Translations under genes and position numbers: made by a program
Source of the DNA: Vitrella brassicaformis CCMP3155
Lineage: Eukaryota > Protista > Chromerida
DNA: 64,000 nucleotides
Direction of reading: 5' to 3'
Assembly (NCBI GenBank): GCA_001179505.1
Contig: CDMY01000481.1
Location: 1-64,000 of the forward strand
Shown here: positions 11,942 through 25,453 of the stretch, piece after piece
Layout of the letters: each line of letters begins with the position of its first letter
How positions within the stretch are numbered: the first letter of the stretch is position 1
Notes under the pieces: model-generated
The model's input: only the letters and a program-made list of their open reading frames with translations
Told to the model about the DNA's origin: nothing
The model's database searches: none

Positions 11942-13694
11942 GTGTTTTGTGTGTATGCAGCCATTGCATTGCGCGATGGGTGACATGCACATACAAAGAG
12001 AGACTAGACGGTTAGTGAGTGAGCTGAGTACCAGCCATCCACACATCCTGGACATACACACAGCATTAACAGCTGCATACAACCCACCCCCTCCCCCCTT
12101 CCACCCAACAACGGCCAGCCATTTTCAGGCTGTCTTTTTCCGCAGTGTGTGAAAAGGAAGACACACAACACCCCACACATTGCCAAATCGTTCACCGACG
12201 AAAACATGCCGACCGACCGACCGACAGACGGACCAACGACCACATGCGACAAGCAGATGAGCGTTTGTATGTACCCACAGCAACAAAGCAATGCCCGAGC
12301 GGACGACACAGCAACAAAAGCATACATCCATCCAGCCATCCATCCACGTGTCTATTTCATCATACACATCATGCCCATACACATATGTGTGTCTGTCAGA
12401 TGCCCACAATCGCACAGACTTTGTGTTCGATGCGCTACATGATAGCCGTCTCATCCGTGACGGACCGACCAGGACTCACTCACTCGTTGGACCCCTGGCT
12501 TCATATAGCCACACAGACGCACGAGTGAGTGAACTACGCAGAGCTGACGCGCAGTTTGGGTGTGAGTAGCCGCACGACTCACCGCACGTGGCCCGCAATG
12601 GGAAGAATCTTGCGAGAGTGAAGATCTGCAAGCTTAGCTCGCAGGAGAGAAATGGGACTTTCTGCAGATCTGCTAATGAGAGGTGCGTTCGCTCATCGTA
12701 TCGCATCAGACGCGTCTGCAGATGATGAGTGTCGTTCCGCATCCGATGATGATTCTTCCGCCCGTCGTCCTTATTGCCCTCTGCTCGTCGCTCGTGGCGT
12801 CTTCGCCCCTTCGGCGTACCCTCCAGGCCGTCAATCAGACGGCCGCATCTCCTCCCCTCCCTCCGGGCTGGCGTGACCCAGGCGGCTGAGGCTCCTGCAA
12901 CTCTCTCGGGTCTTCCGCCAGGCGGATGTAGAGCTCTCGAATGGCGACATGCAGCGAGGCGACAACATTCTTCCCTACACCGAAATGGAGGAGCTCATGC
13001 GGTGTGATTTGTGTCAGGAGGATGCGGCGGCTCTGTTTGCGTGGTCTTACGAGGCTGGATTGGTGGACAATGGCACCGAGTCCACCTTTGAGGACAACCT
13101 GTGCGTCGTGCCGTTCATCACGTGTGTGCGGCTGAGGGAGGCGCTCGCGGACGGCGGTCCGCAGGATGGCTACATCATCAATCTGACAGGGCGACCCGAG
13201 GATATGGACGTATCGGACGTGCCGCAGATCCTGCAGCAGCGGGGGGCGCCTTTGGTGTTTTCGGAGGTGTTTTATCGGCTGCGTCATGTGGTGTGTTTCT
13301 GGGCTGCAATGCTGGCTATGCAGGGGAGCTTGGGCGATGACATCGCCAAAGTGACCTCTCTGCGCGCCTTCTACCTGTTTGAAGTGGTGAGCTGCATTTG
13401 AGACGTGCACTCATCCATTCGCATGCTTGTGTGTATGTTATTTTGCAGGACGGCTTTGAGGGCCCGCTTCCAAGCACTATCGGCGAGCTGCCTTATCTGA
13501 AGGGCCTGTACATTATGAACATGGCTTCAATCAGCAGGCCCATCCCGCCCTCCCTCACGAGCCTGCCGATTGAGTTGGGTGGCTGGAAGTCCATGGAGGT
13601 CCTTGATCTGTACAATAACAACTTCAGCGGCCCCATACCAGCAGAGCTGGGACAACTGTCTAAGCTACGACGACTGAGCCTCGGAAGCAACAGG

Positions 13695-15772
13695 GTAGAT
13701 ACCGACACACACTCATACCGACACATGGACATCAATGACTGAATCCATACATATGATCTCCCTCTCTATGGATGGATGTCTGTGTAGTTGTCGGGTCTCA
13801 TACCAGCAGAGCTGGAACAACTTTCGAAGCTACGACAACTGTACCTCGCAAGAAACAGGGTAGATACCGATACACACTCATACCGACACACACGGACATC
13901 AATGACTGAATCCATACATATGATCTCCCTCTCTATGGATGTCTGTGTAGTTGTCGGGTCCCATACCAACAGAGCTGGGACAATTGTCTAAGCTACGACA
14001 ACTGAGCCTCAGAAACAACAGCGTAGATACCGACGCACACTCATACCGACGCACGGACATCAATGACTGAATCCATATATATGATCTCCCTCTCCATGGA
14101 TGTCTGTGTAGTTGTCGGGTCCCATACCAGCAGAGCTGGGACAACTGTCTAAGCTACGACAACTGAGCCTCGAAAACAACAGCGTAGATATCGACATATG
14201 CTCATACCGACACACGGACATCAATAACTGAATCCAGACATATGATCTCCCTCTCCATGGATGTCTGCGTAGTTGTCGGGTCCCATACCAGTAGAGCTGG
14301 AACAACTGTCTAAGCTACGAGAACTGTACCTCGAAAACAACAGGGTAGATACCGACACACACTCATACCGACACACGGACATCAATAACTAAATCCATAC
14401 ATATGATCTCCCTCTCCATGGATGTCTGTATAGTTGTCGGGTCCCCTGCCGATTGAGTTGGGTGGCTGGAAGTCCATGGAGGTCCTTGGTCTGGGAAATA
14501 ACAACTTTAGCAACCACATACCAGCAGAGCTGGGACAACTGTCTAAGCTACGACGACTGAACCTCAGAAACAACAGCGTAGATACCGACGCACACTCATA
14601 CCGACGCACGGACATCAATGACTGAATCCATATATATGATCTCCCTGTCCATGGATGTCTGTGTAGTTGTCGGGTCCCCTGCCGATTGAGTTGGGTGGCA
14701 GGAAGTTCATGGAGGTCCTTGATCTTGGAAATAACAACTTTAGCGGCCCCATACCAGCAGAGCTGGGACAACTGTCTAAGCTACGACGACTGTACCTCGG
14801 AAGCAACAGGGTAGTACCGACACACACTCATACCGACACACACGGACATCAATGACTGAATCCATACATATGATCTCCCTCTCTATGGATGTCTGTGTAG
14901 TTGTCGGGTCCCCTGCCGATTGAGTTGGGTGGCTGGAAGTCCATGGAGGTCCTTTATTTGACCAGTAACAACTTTAGCGGCCCCATACCAGCAGAGCTGG
15001 GACAACTGTCTAAGCTACGAGAACTGTACCTCGCAAGGAACAGGGTAGATACTGACACACACTCATACCGACACACGGACATCAATGACTGAATCCATAC
15101 ATATGATCTCCCTGTCCATGGATGTCTCTGTAGTTGTCGGGTCCCCTGCCGATTGAGTTGGGTGGCAGGAAGTTCATGGAGGTCTTTGATCTTGGAAATA
15201 ACAACTTTAGCGGCCCCATACCAGCAGAGCTGGGACAACTGTCTAAGCTACGAGAACTGTACCTCGGAAGCAACAGGGTAGATACCGACACACACTCATA
15301 CCGACACACACGGACATCAATGACTGAATCCATATATATGATCTCCCTCTCCATGGATGTCTGTGTAGTTGTCGGTTCCTCTGCCGATTGAGTTGGGTGG
15401 CTGGAAGTTCATGGAGGTCCTTGATCTTGGAAATAATAACTTTAGCGGCCCCATACCAGCAGAGCTGGGACAATTTTCTTAGCTACGACAACTGAGCCTC
15501 GGAAACAACAGGGTAGATACCGACACACACTCATACCGACACACGGACATCAATGACTGAATCCATACATATGATCTCCCTCTCCATGGATGTCTGTGTA
15601 GTTGTCGGGTCCCATACCAGTAGAGCTGGGACAACTGTCTAAGCTACGAGGTCTGTACCTCGCAAGGAATAGGGTAGATACCGACATACACTCATACCGA
15701 CACACGGACATCAATGACTGAATCCATACATATGATCTCCCTCTCCCTCTCCATGGATGGATGTCTATGTAG
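13695..15772 (+). repeat. Tandem array of ten LRR cassette exons plus near-identical introns
   Basis: 72-nt exons 13788-13859, 13951-14022, 14112-14183, 14273-14344, 15602-15673; 144-nt exons 14434-14577, 14667-14810, 14901-15044, 15134-15277, 15369-15512. Each is flanked by ...tag and gtag... and all are phase 0. Confidence 0.95.
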
Positions 15773-15906
15773 CTGTCGGGTCCCCTGCCGATTGAGTTGG
15801 GTGGCTGGAAGTCCATGCAGTATCTTGCTTTGCAAAACAACAACTTCAGCGGCTCCCTAGAGCCGCTCAGCAACCTGACGTCGCTTGTAGAGCTGGTCGT
15901 GTCCAA

Positions 15907-16206
15907 NNNNNNNNNNNNNNNNNNNNNNNNNNNNNNNNNNNNNNNNNNNNNNNNNNNNNNNNNNNNNNNNNNNNNNNNNNNNNNNNNNNNNNNNNNNNNN
16001 NNNNNNNNNNNNNNNNNNNNNNNNNNNNNNNNNNNNNNNNNNNNNNNNNNNNNNNNNNNNNNNNNNNNNNNNNNNNNNNNNNNNNNNNNNNNNNNNNNNN
16101 NNNNNNNNNNNNNNNNNNNNNNNNNNNNNNNNNNNNNNNNNNNNNNNNNNNNNNNNNNNNNNNNNNNNNNNNNNNNNNNNNNNNNNNNNNNNNNNNNNNN
16201 NNNNNN
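15907..16206. other. Assembly gap (300 N)
   Basis: N run. Confidence 1.
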
Positions 16207-17188
16207 GAGTGTACGCGTATGTGCTGTGCTTCTGTGTCATGTCAGTTTGAGGGTTATCTGCCCCTCGGTTCCCACAGTTTCTCGAATCTCACCACCATCG
16301 TAGCCGCCAACATCGGTGCGCACGCAACACACACGCAAACGCTTTTCATGTATGCTTCATCGGTCGTCAGGCTGACTGCCATGCTGGACCGCCCCTCTGG
16401 TGGCCCGGCGTACCCGAACGTTCGTTATCTGGACCTCGACTCCAATCGTCTCAACACGTCCATCAACCTGACGTTGTTCCCCAACCTCCGTCAGGCCGAC
16501 TTTAGTAACAACCGCATCCCGGGATTCATCGGCAACGGATCCATGCCCAAATCGTAAGCGACATACAGAGAGATGAGGATATAGCGACAGGTGTTTGCCT
16601 GTCAGGTTGTGGTACTTGAGTTTGGCGGACAACCTGCTGACTGCCCTGCCGGAGGGCTTCCGCTCCATGCCGAACCTACTGTCGCTGAATCTCGCCAACA
16701 ATCGCATCAGCCAGTGGCCCACATGGGGGTCGACACCACCAGGATTATGCATGGGGGATTTTCTCAGTAAGTTCTTGGAATATACAGGCGAGCAGGCGGT
16801 CGTGTTCTCTCTGTGACGATGCGGTAGGCTTGGATATTGTGAAAGATCATGATCCCCCGCCGGACTGGGGCAGCCTGACCTACTTCGACGTCTCCAACAA
16901 TCCCATCAACACAGACGTGACCGCATTCCTGATGCCCCTCAAATGGCAGAGAAGGTAAAACAATACACAGACGCATTAATACACAGACATGGCATCTGTG
17001 GTCGCTGGAATGCATCTGTCTGATCTCCTCGTGTGCGTCAGTTTGACGGTGCTGGGTGCATCGAACTGCAGTCTTTACGGCCCCATGAATTGCGAGGCTT
17101 TCACGACATTCGAGGTTGCGAAGGTTGCGGGCCTGATGGACCAAGGCATACCGGTAACCACACGCATACACACGCGCACGCGCGCGCG

Positions 17189-17236
<48 letters not shown>

Positions 17237-20200
17237 AGTGCAGAGGACTTTCCTGTGTGCGTGTGTGGTGTGTGCAGGTGACAGCTTCAATCTGGTCGTT
17301 TCCTAACCTCTTTTTTTTGTATCTGAGGGACAATCGCATCACGGCCATCGACACGGGCGGCGTGCAGCTGGAACTCTACCACATCGACTTTTCCAACAAC
17401 TCGCTTGTGAGCGTGGCGAGCGGCGACTGGAGTTTCTTCGACGTCCTGCATGCAAGGTTCACGGAGAACCCAGACTTGAGGCACGACTCGGTCCACCCCA
17501 TACCGATTGAGGTAAGAAAATGGCGGGTTGTATGCGCTGCAGGCGATGGCGGTGTATCATCCTCTGTGTGTGTGTTTGTATGTCTCTCAGAAGTGTCAGG
17601 ATTTGCGTCAGAACTTCAACGAGATGAGCATACCGAGACCACTGGTGCCCGACCCGCAGGGTGGGTAACACAGCACAGCACACGCAGACGTCCACTGCCA
17701 TCGTGATAACGCCTATGCATGCTTGATGCAGGATATTCGGTGCGTACGTTGGACAACGGCGAGGAGCGTTTCGAGTGCACCGAGTTCTGCTCCACATTCA
17801 ACAAAATCGAGGTCAGTGATCAGCCAGCCAGCAAAACAAGCTCGCGTACAGTCATTGTGCTCGGTGTGCGCACAGGTCGACTACACCATCAACTCGGATG
17901 CGCTGTGCCGCTGTCTGCCCGGCTACGAGGGCACGGGGGCCAACTGTACCAAGTGCCCACGGAACACATACTCCAACAGAGATTACGGCACACGAACCTG
18001 CAAACAATACCCCGATGATGCAGGTCAGCAGCATTTGACCGCTTCCGACTATATACACGATTGGATTTAATTGTCCAGGTTCTGCCGAGGGGTCAGCTGC
18101 ATGTTACTGTCGTCTTGGATACGAGAGGGGCGAGGAGCCGTGCGAGCCGTGTACAGAAGGGTCTGTTGGCGTGCAGAAGCGCGGTAACAACGGCAGCCGC
18201 GCCACGTGGATCTGCCAAGACTGTTTGCCGGGATTGAACTGCTCCATTCCCGTCAACTACAATGCGAATGTGCTGCCGGGCTTCTTCCAACTTACTGTCC
18301 AGCTGCAATCTGAGAATTCATCTCACAACGCCGCACGAGAAGTGACAACGTAAGAATGAAAGGCAAGAAAGGCTAGTGCTGAGCAGGCAAGTGAGTGGGA
18401 TTTTGGTGTCTCTTAGATATGGCGCTAGATTGACTCTGTTGCCGATAGTGGTACCGTGTCCATTGCGGTCGGCCTGCATAGGCACCAACAAGACGAATGG
18501 ACTCAATATATGCTCGGTAAGAGCCAATTGCATCATTGTGAGAGCCGCCATTTTTATATTCTTGCCTTGTCTGCGTTTCAGGAAGGGCATGAGGGTTTTG
18601 CATGCAACCGGTGCAAGGCGGCTTTCTCGCGTCAGACGCCCCTGCAGCCGTGCACCCCATGTGCCCGACTGTGGCAGATTGTGATAGTCAACGTGTTGCT
18701 TGTGGTCGCCATTCTGATGGCCATCTTCTTACTCACCGCGCTCGCGGAAAGGTCAGCACGCAGCCATGTACCTATCACGGAGGCCCGCTAATCGATCGAC
18801 CCCCGTGCTGTCTGGGTGTGTGTCTGAGTACAGAGCGGCGGCATCCTCCCGCGCTGAGGTCCCCTCTCAGCTGATCAAAATTGGACTCTCACATATTACC
18901 GCTGTAAGCGAAGACAGACACAGACTACGGACTCGCGTTCCTTCTGTTACTTTTCTGCTGTCGGTGTGAGTGCAGGTGTGTGGTCTGCCTTTCTCGTGTT
19001 CGACGAGTCCCTAGGGGGCGACCAGATATCCTCACTTGTCGGTCCCTTCTTCGGATGGAGTGGCGGCGTGCCTGAGTCGTATCAGGTGTGGGAGTGTCTG
19101 CTGAGGGATTCCTTGGGCGACAAATGCGTGTTGTATCGGCATGCTATCTGGCTGGCGCTACCACTTGTCTGGCTCACCATTGTGCCCCTCATTGGTAACC
19201 ACACAGACATTCTAGAGGCCGATGATTTGTGGTCATTTCTGGCTCGTGTCATGGCTGCAGCGAGCGGGTTTGATCGAGTGCGTGATGCCTGCAAGTCAAG
19301 CTGGCGCATTGGCACCGACGAGTCGAGCTCAAAGCCTCCATCCGTAACCACTGGCAAAGCAGACACAGCCGCCGCACACGGCCCTCACCAGCGATCGGTC
19401 ACATTCCAGGAGGCCTCACGAACCGAGCCCGTGACACCACCCTCCTGCCAGCCTTCTTTGGCGAAGCCCCGCAAGAGCGGCCGACGGCGGCAGTGGCTCG
19501 ACAGCCGGGGCACCATGATGGTCGTAATCCTCACGTTCATCCATCCCACCGTGACCAAGAGCATGCTGGCCCTCCTGCGCTGTCGATGGTATCCCTATGT
19601 GGACGATGTCATACCTATCGCCTGAGAAGAGAGTGTCAGTCTGCTGCCCACTGACCCGATGGATGACATGCGGCCCCGAATGGACCTCGATTCTCATGTC
19701 GTCTGCCGATCGGCCGAACACGTCCCGTTCCTGTGGATTGCCGTGGCTGGTCTATTGCTGTGGACATTCGCGCCTGTGGTATGTGGCGTGGCGTTTCTGT
19801 GGCGGCATAGAGAGGGCCTGCAGGACTATCACACTCGAAGGCGAGTGGGCTTCCTCTATATGGGCTATCGCAAGAACTTCTACTGTTGGGACGCTGTCCT
19901 TGCCATGAGGCGTGTATTGGTTCTGGTGATCGCACAACTGGCAACTGGGCAGCCCCGCGGACAGCTGCTTGGCTGGACGGTCGTCGCCGCTGTGTGTCTG
20001 GCGCTGCAACTCACCGTGTGGCCGTTCGATCGAGGCAGCATGGACATCCTCAATGTGACGGAGATGCGTGGATTGATGGTGTGGCTCATGTCGCTGTTCA
20101 TCATGCGCTTTGTTGTTATGCTATTCGAGAGGATTTCTCGGGAGCTGACGATCGGCCTTGTGCTCGTGGTCATAATTGCCAACTTGGTGCACTACATCAT

Positions 20201-20654
20201 CCTGGCGGCGCAGATATGTCGGTATGGTCTGCTGCAAGTGGGCTACAGATACACGGCACTCACCGACTACAATAAGGCTCTCGGTGGGCAATATGGACGA
20301 GCACAGAACTATCATTCACTGTTCCATCTGCCCGCGTGTGGCCTCTCATATTGTTGCAACTCGCGTGATGTCTGGTTGGGTGACGGGGCCTCTTTTGTCG
20401 TGGCTCATTCGCAGAGAGGAGGACAGACGGCGAGTCGCACCCAAAGTCTTCTATGACTGGTCCAGTGCGGCCCTCTCTGCCGACGGCCCCCTTGCTGCAT
20501 CAAGGCGGTGCCATCCGTTTGTCCGCCGTCCGGTGCATCGTGTGGTGACGGCCATGGAGCTGACGTCAGCCGCCGTGAGGGAAGCTATCGAGGCACTCAA
20601 ACTCACACACGTGCCCGGCGACTTGTAAGCACACACACGCCCCCCCCCCCCCCC

Positions 20655-20954
20655 NNNNNNNNNNNNNNNNNNNNNNNNNNNNNNNNNNNNNNNNNNNNNN
20701 NNNNNNNNNNNNNNNNNNNNNNNNNNNNNNNNNNNNNNNNNNNNNNNNNNNNNNNNNNNNNNNNNNNNNNNNNNNNNNNNNNNNNNNNNNNNNNNNNNNN
20801 NNNNNNNNNNNNNNNNNNNNNNNNNNNNNNNNNNNNNNNNNNNNNNNNNNNNNNNNNNNNNNNNNNNNNNNNNNNNNNNNNNNNNNNNNNNNNNNNNNNN
20901 NNNNNNNNNNNNNNNNNNNNNNNNNNNNNNNNNNNNNNNNNNNNNNNNNNNNNN
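20655..20954. other. Assembly gap (300 N) flanked by poly-C
   Basis: N run. Confidence 1.
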
Positions 20955-22809
20955 CCCCCCCCCCACCACCAGCATGGACAGCAAATGATCTGTCTATGTG
21001 TGTGTGTCTGGCGGTTTGATCAGCCATGAGTTTCTGTGGAGCCATGCCTTCCTGGTGCAGAGCCTGCGGCAGAAACGAGTGGAGATGCGCAGTCGCACAC
21101 GGGACCAAGTGGTCGTCCACCTGCCAAAACCTGATGACAGCAGCGCCACCGTAAGTAATACAACAAGTGAGGACCCGTCCCGGCTGCATGTATCTCTGCT
21201 TGGCTGGGCAGAAATTGCGGGACATGAAGACTGCCGACCTGTCGGACGCCTTTCTCAACCAATGCTCCACCAAAGGTCACAATTGTTACTTGATCGATTC
21301 GTGTCGTCATGTGATGGTGATGTCTTCAGTGTCTTCAGTGTCGACTCGACCAGAGGCCGGCAAGACGTTCAGTGATGTGCGTGTTACTCAGCCGGGGGCA
21401 TCTCACATCGACACACAGCCGGCAGACAGGTCCGCACCCCACACATGAATGGCCATGAAGTGTATCTGTCTGTCTGTTTGTGTATCGTGTTAGCGCTGAT
21501 GTGTCCCCGGGCATCACACTGCACGACCTGCAGGCCAACTTGTGCCATGTGGTGGACGAACTGGTCAGCAGAGAGCAGCTGTACCAGCCTTCTTTGCGAG
21601 CGGCCGCCGATGGCAGTGATTTCGAGAAGGCCGACACCGAGGCATCGATAGACCACCAGCAGCACACTGGCGGCTGGCGGGGGCTCTATGAGGCGTTTCG
21701 AAAGGCCAAACGAACGCTCATCGAGAAGGGCAGCCGACCGGTCAGTCAGAGAGAAACCCACGTGTGTCTTCGAGTCTGTGTATACTCATCTGAGCTGTTT
21801 GTTCTATTGAATGCAGGAGACCATCCCGGAGGTCATCGCGAGCCTCGCGCCCACCGTGCTGGAGACGCCATGTGGCGATACAGCAGAGGACGTGCCGATG
21901 AGTGGTGGGTCGTCGCCCGTCAGCTCGACCCAATCGGGGCAGAGAGACCCCCACACCTCCGCCCTCACGCCCCCCTGTCATACTCTCATGCGTGTCGATT
22001 GGCATCGGCTGAGCAGTGATGAGGACAGCGTGGCATTATCTCTGTCAGCCGAGGCCGTCTATGATGCAGTGGCCGCCATGTCGTCATGGTCGTCATCGTC
22101 GCGATCGACCAGACCGAAATTCTTCTCGGTCGTCACTACACACACAATCATGAAACGTGCCATGGACATCGATGTATACGTGTCTGTGCGTATGTTGACA
22201 GGTCGGTGCTCACTTACCGGTTTGTTTGTATGGTGCGTGCAGCGGCCTTTCTTCATCGTGTGCAGCCGATTGATGATCTATTTGCCAGATGCGTCGTAGT
22301 CGACGTGTGTACTGTAGCTAAGTCAGAGGCTACCGTTGTTTGTGGTTTGTGTATGTGTGTGCTGTGAATGAGTGAGTGAGGGCGCATTCCTTTTGTGCCT
22401 GTCTGTCGAGGGCAATCGATACACTCGATCTGCCCACGCATACGTAGTGGATCGATCGGGTGTAGTGTACGTTTTATGACTGGCTCGGTCATCTAGAGGA
22501 CTGACTTAGGTGCATACAGACAGTTGTAGCAGGCAGCTTCCTGGCTTTTGTAGTAAAAGAGGATCGGACGAATGTGGATAGACTTCCGGACGATGCAGAC
22601 ATTCATCTGCCAGTCAACCATGAATGACACTCATGCACACAAGCCACCTAGTCCACACGCTCGACACGAGCACGCACAGACATGAACACGCAGCAGCAAC
22701 CGAAACACGCACAGACAGTGACAGACAGACAGACAGACAGACATGGATATACGAACGTATAGTACACACGCACCCATCCAACACACGTGTAGGCATGCAT
22801 CACCTTGCT

Positions 22810-25030
22810 GACTTACCAATGAGTTCGCGCAGGTCCCTTCGCGCGTTGAGTTTGACGCACAGCATGCGGGCGTTCTTAATCAGACGCATCATGCTGTGCA
22901 TATTAATATTCTGCACACACGCACATACATCAATAAAAGCACGTGTCCATAACGCGTGTCACCTGGTAAGTGAGACAGAGGCCGTCCAGCAGGCGCTGCC
23001 AACAGCCGGGCATTGAAGCCCTGCATAATTGCGTAAGTGACACAGAAATTGGCACAGGTGAGATTCATGCGTCGGTGAGACTGATCTTTGTCCGCATCTG
23101 TGTACGTGGGTACGACTTCCCAGAGTGACGACTGCACTCCCCCGCCCTCATCGTCACCCACACCCGTGCTGAACAAACAAACAACTATCACCGACACACA
23201 CGCACCAATGAGTGCTCACGCGTTGATGTCATCATGTGTCGGCGGTACGTACCTGCTGGGCCTGTGCTTCTTTGGGGGGATGTTCGTGTCGGGCACCAGA
23301 TCCTAAAACCATAAGGCTGCCTGCACAGACAGAGAAGAGCATGCATGTACAACACACGCATACATCCATCCATGTGTGCGTGAGTGCGTGAGAGCGTGGG
23401 TGCCTGTCTGATGGGTCTGTCCAGCCCCCGCGCCGTCCACTCGTGCTGGTCATCAGTCATGCTGGGACAAACAATCCAGGAACGCTGAATACCGCAAACA
23501 CACACATTTACGTGAATGAATAAACGAGTGAATGAATGGCTGTGTCGTACCCTCGTGGTCATGATCGTCGGTATGCTGCCGCTCCGCGATGGGCGGGGGG
23601 AAGGGTTTCAGCGCAATCACTGCACGCCATACACACACACACACGTGCACTGTGCACCGACCGAGAGAGCGTGCGGCGGTGTAAGGGTCTGTACGGACCT
23701 TTTTCTGTGGTGGGTTGTTAGGAAGCAGACGCACACGATACGATATACATTCATGGACGTGGGGGGGTGTCCGTGTGCGTAGGTACCTGAGGAAGGTGAC
23801 GCTTTCGGTAGGGCCTCTCAGCTCGACCGACGCTGCGGTTGAAGCCGTCAAGACTACACAACGTACATGCAAGAAAGATCGATACATACATGTATGTGTG
23901 AGTGGGCAGGCATCTATTCACTGACCCGGCGTCCACATCGTTGCAAAACACGGTGGCCACGGCACCAACAGGATAATCCACACACGTACACCCATCCATC
24001 GATCCATCGTGCCTCTATGCTGTTCTCATCGACCTACCTGCCATTCCGGGCATTCCGCAGCTGAGAGTCATTTTGGAGGGGACGTGTGCAGCGGGAGGTA
24101 GTAGTAGTACTGGCGCAGCCTCTGGCAGATGGGCAGGTCGCTCGCTCGCTCGCTCGCACGCTCCCACGCTCGCAAAGACATGCAGGCTGCAGACACACAC
24201 TCACTCGATTAATTGAGCACGTGTGCATCAATCTCTCTAAGTGTGCATGTGTGACTACCATGTGTCTGCACTTGAGTCCGCTCATGTCACAACGCAACCC
24301 AGCCAGGAAATCAGTCAACAAAGGGGAACCTATAGATACCACACATATCACGTATGAATGTGGGTGGGTGGATGGATGGATGTGTGCATCATGGTGCCCT
24401 CTGAGTGAATGCGTACCGATCTTGATGCTCTTCTCGCACCGTTTGCGATCCTTCTCCAGCTTCTCAGCTGCCTTGGCCAGCAGAGCTCGCACCTCTGAAC
24501 ACACATACACACACACAAATACACGCGTACATCCGTATATGCGTACAGTGGTGCTTCTGACCTTTAGCCTGTGAGGTGTGTGCGGCCATGAGCTCATGGA
24601 TGTCGGGGGAGGGGGGAGGCACAGAAGGCTGCACGCACGGACGCACAACCATGAATGTGTTTTGTGCGCATAGAAAGATGGATGCTTGCCCCTGTGCGGC
24701 CTCGTCAAGCAAAGACTGTTATTCAGATAGAGACATGTACAGAGAGAGGTGAGGTGAGAGACGCATACACTAGTCCTGTTGGTGCGGGAGCAATGCAATT
24801 ACACCCATCCACCCCCTCACCTCGTCGTGTTTCTTCCTCTTGCCGGCCGTGCTGGGGGCCGGCAGGCAAAAGTAATGTACAAATGCAGATGGATGCTGCA
24901 GGTGTGGCTGAATGGTCGATGTGTACACGTACCGTTTGTCGTTTGCGGCCGGGCGGGCTGTTGTTGTCTTGCTTGCGGGGTGCTGAGTTCGTCGTCGCCC
25001 TACTCGCCCTACCGGTGTCCAAGTATTCAT
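22810..25030 (-). CDS. Probable multi-exon hypothetical gene or remnant with many short exons
   Basis: Series of short AG/GT-bounded coding-like segments (e.g. EVRALLAKAAEKLEKDRKRCEKSIKI 24417-24494, GSPLLTDFLAGLRCDMSGLKCRHM, NLTCANFCVTYAIMQGF) separated by microsatellite-rich introns; no recognisable domain. Confidence 0.35.
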
Positions 25031-25453
25031 ATGTGTATGCAGATGGATGGATGGATGGATGGACTCACCTTTGCAAATGCGGATGGCGGAGCCATTGGGG
25101 AGCGATTCTGTGAACATACAGGTAAGGTGCCTGTGCATGCGTATTGTATAGGCAGGCATGAGACCTCCGTCCACTCAGCCTCACACCCAACATGGTGGTT
25201 GTCGTGATCATGATCCTGGTCGTCATTCCCGCTGCAGCACACAGGCAGACACGCAGACAAGCACACACACATGGATGGATTTGCTCCACGTGTAATACGT
25301 GTTGTGTGGGCACGTGCGCACCTGGGTGAACATCCATCTCATTCAGCACGGCGAAGGCGTTCTCGGTCGACCTGTATACGCACACATACAGACACACGTG
25401 TATGCATCCCCTCGACGGTCCGTTCGTCCGTCCATACCTCTCTCTGCTGGGGC

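Larger units (their letters stand above)
12722..22299 (+). pseudogene. LRR / Cys-rich / multi-pass membrane receptor-like gene, copy 1 (multi-exon, disabled)
   Basis: Signal peptide MMSVVPHPMMILPPVVLIALCSSLVASSP; LSGPIPxELGxLxxLxxLxLxxN LRRs; Cys-rich CTKCPRNTYS/CQDCLPGLNC; TM module with RRVGFLYMGYRKNFYCWDAVLAMRR. Lesions: 1-bp deletion at ~12877 relative to copy 2, TAG 15480-15482, TGA 19623-19625. The end of the cytoplasmic tail (20628-22299) is less certain and spans a gap. Confidence 0.85.

Noticed and set aside
8036-12569. Numerous 60-220 aa ORFs rich in C/V/H/T
   Set aside because: They are translations of (GT)n, (CA)n and (GTCT)n microsatellite-rich non-coding DNA with no domain signal
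13695-15772. CRISPR-like array (regular repeats with variable spacers)
   Set aside because: The constant parts are GT-AG introns and LRR backbones and the variable parts are codons; units are 160-235 bp; the context is eukaryotic and has no cas genes
23240-23320. piggyBac transposase similarity (QPYGFRIWC)
   Set aside because: It is a single short motif with no catalytic DDD context or TTAA-flanked TIRs seen
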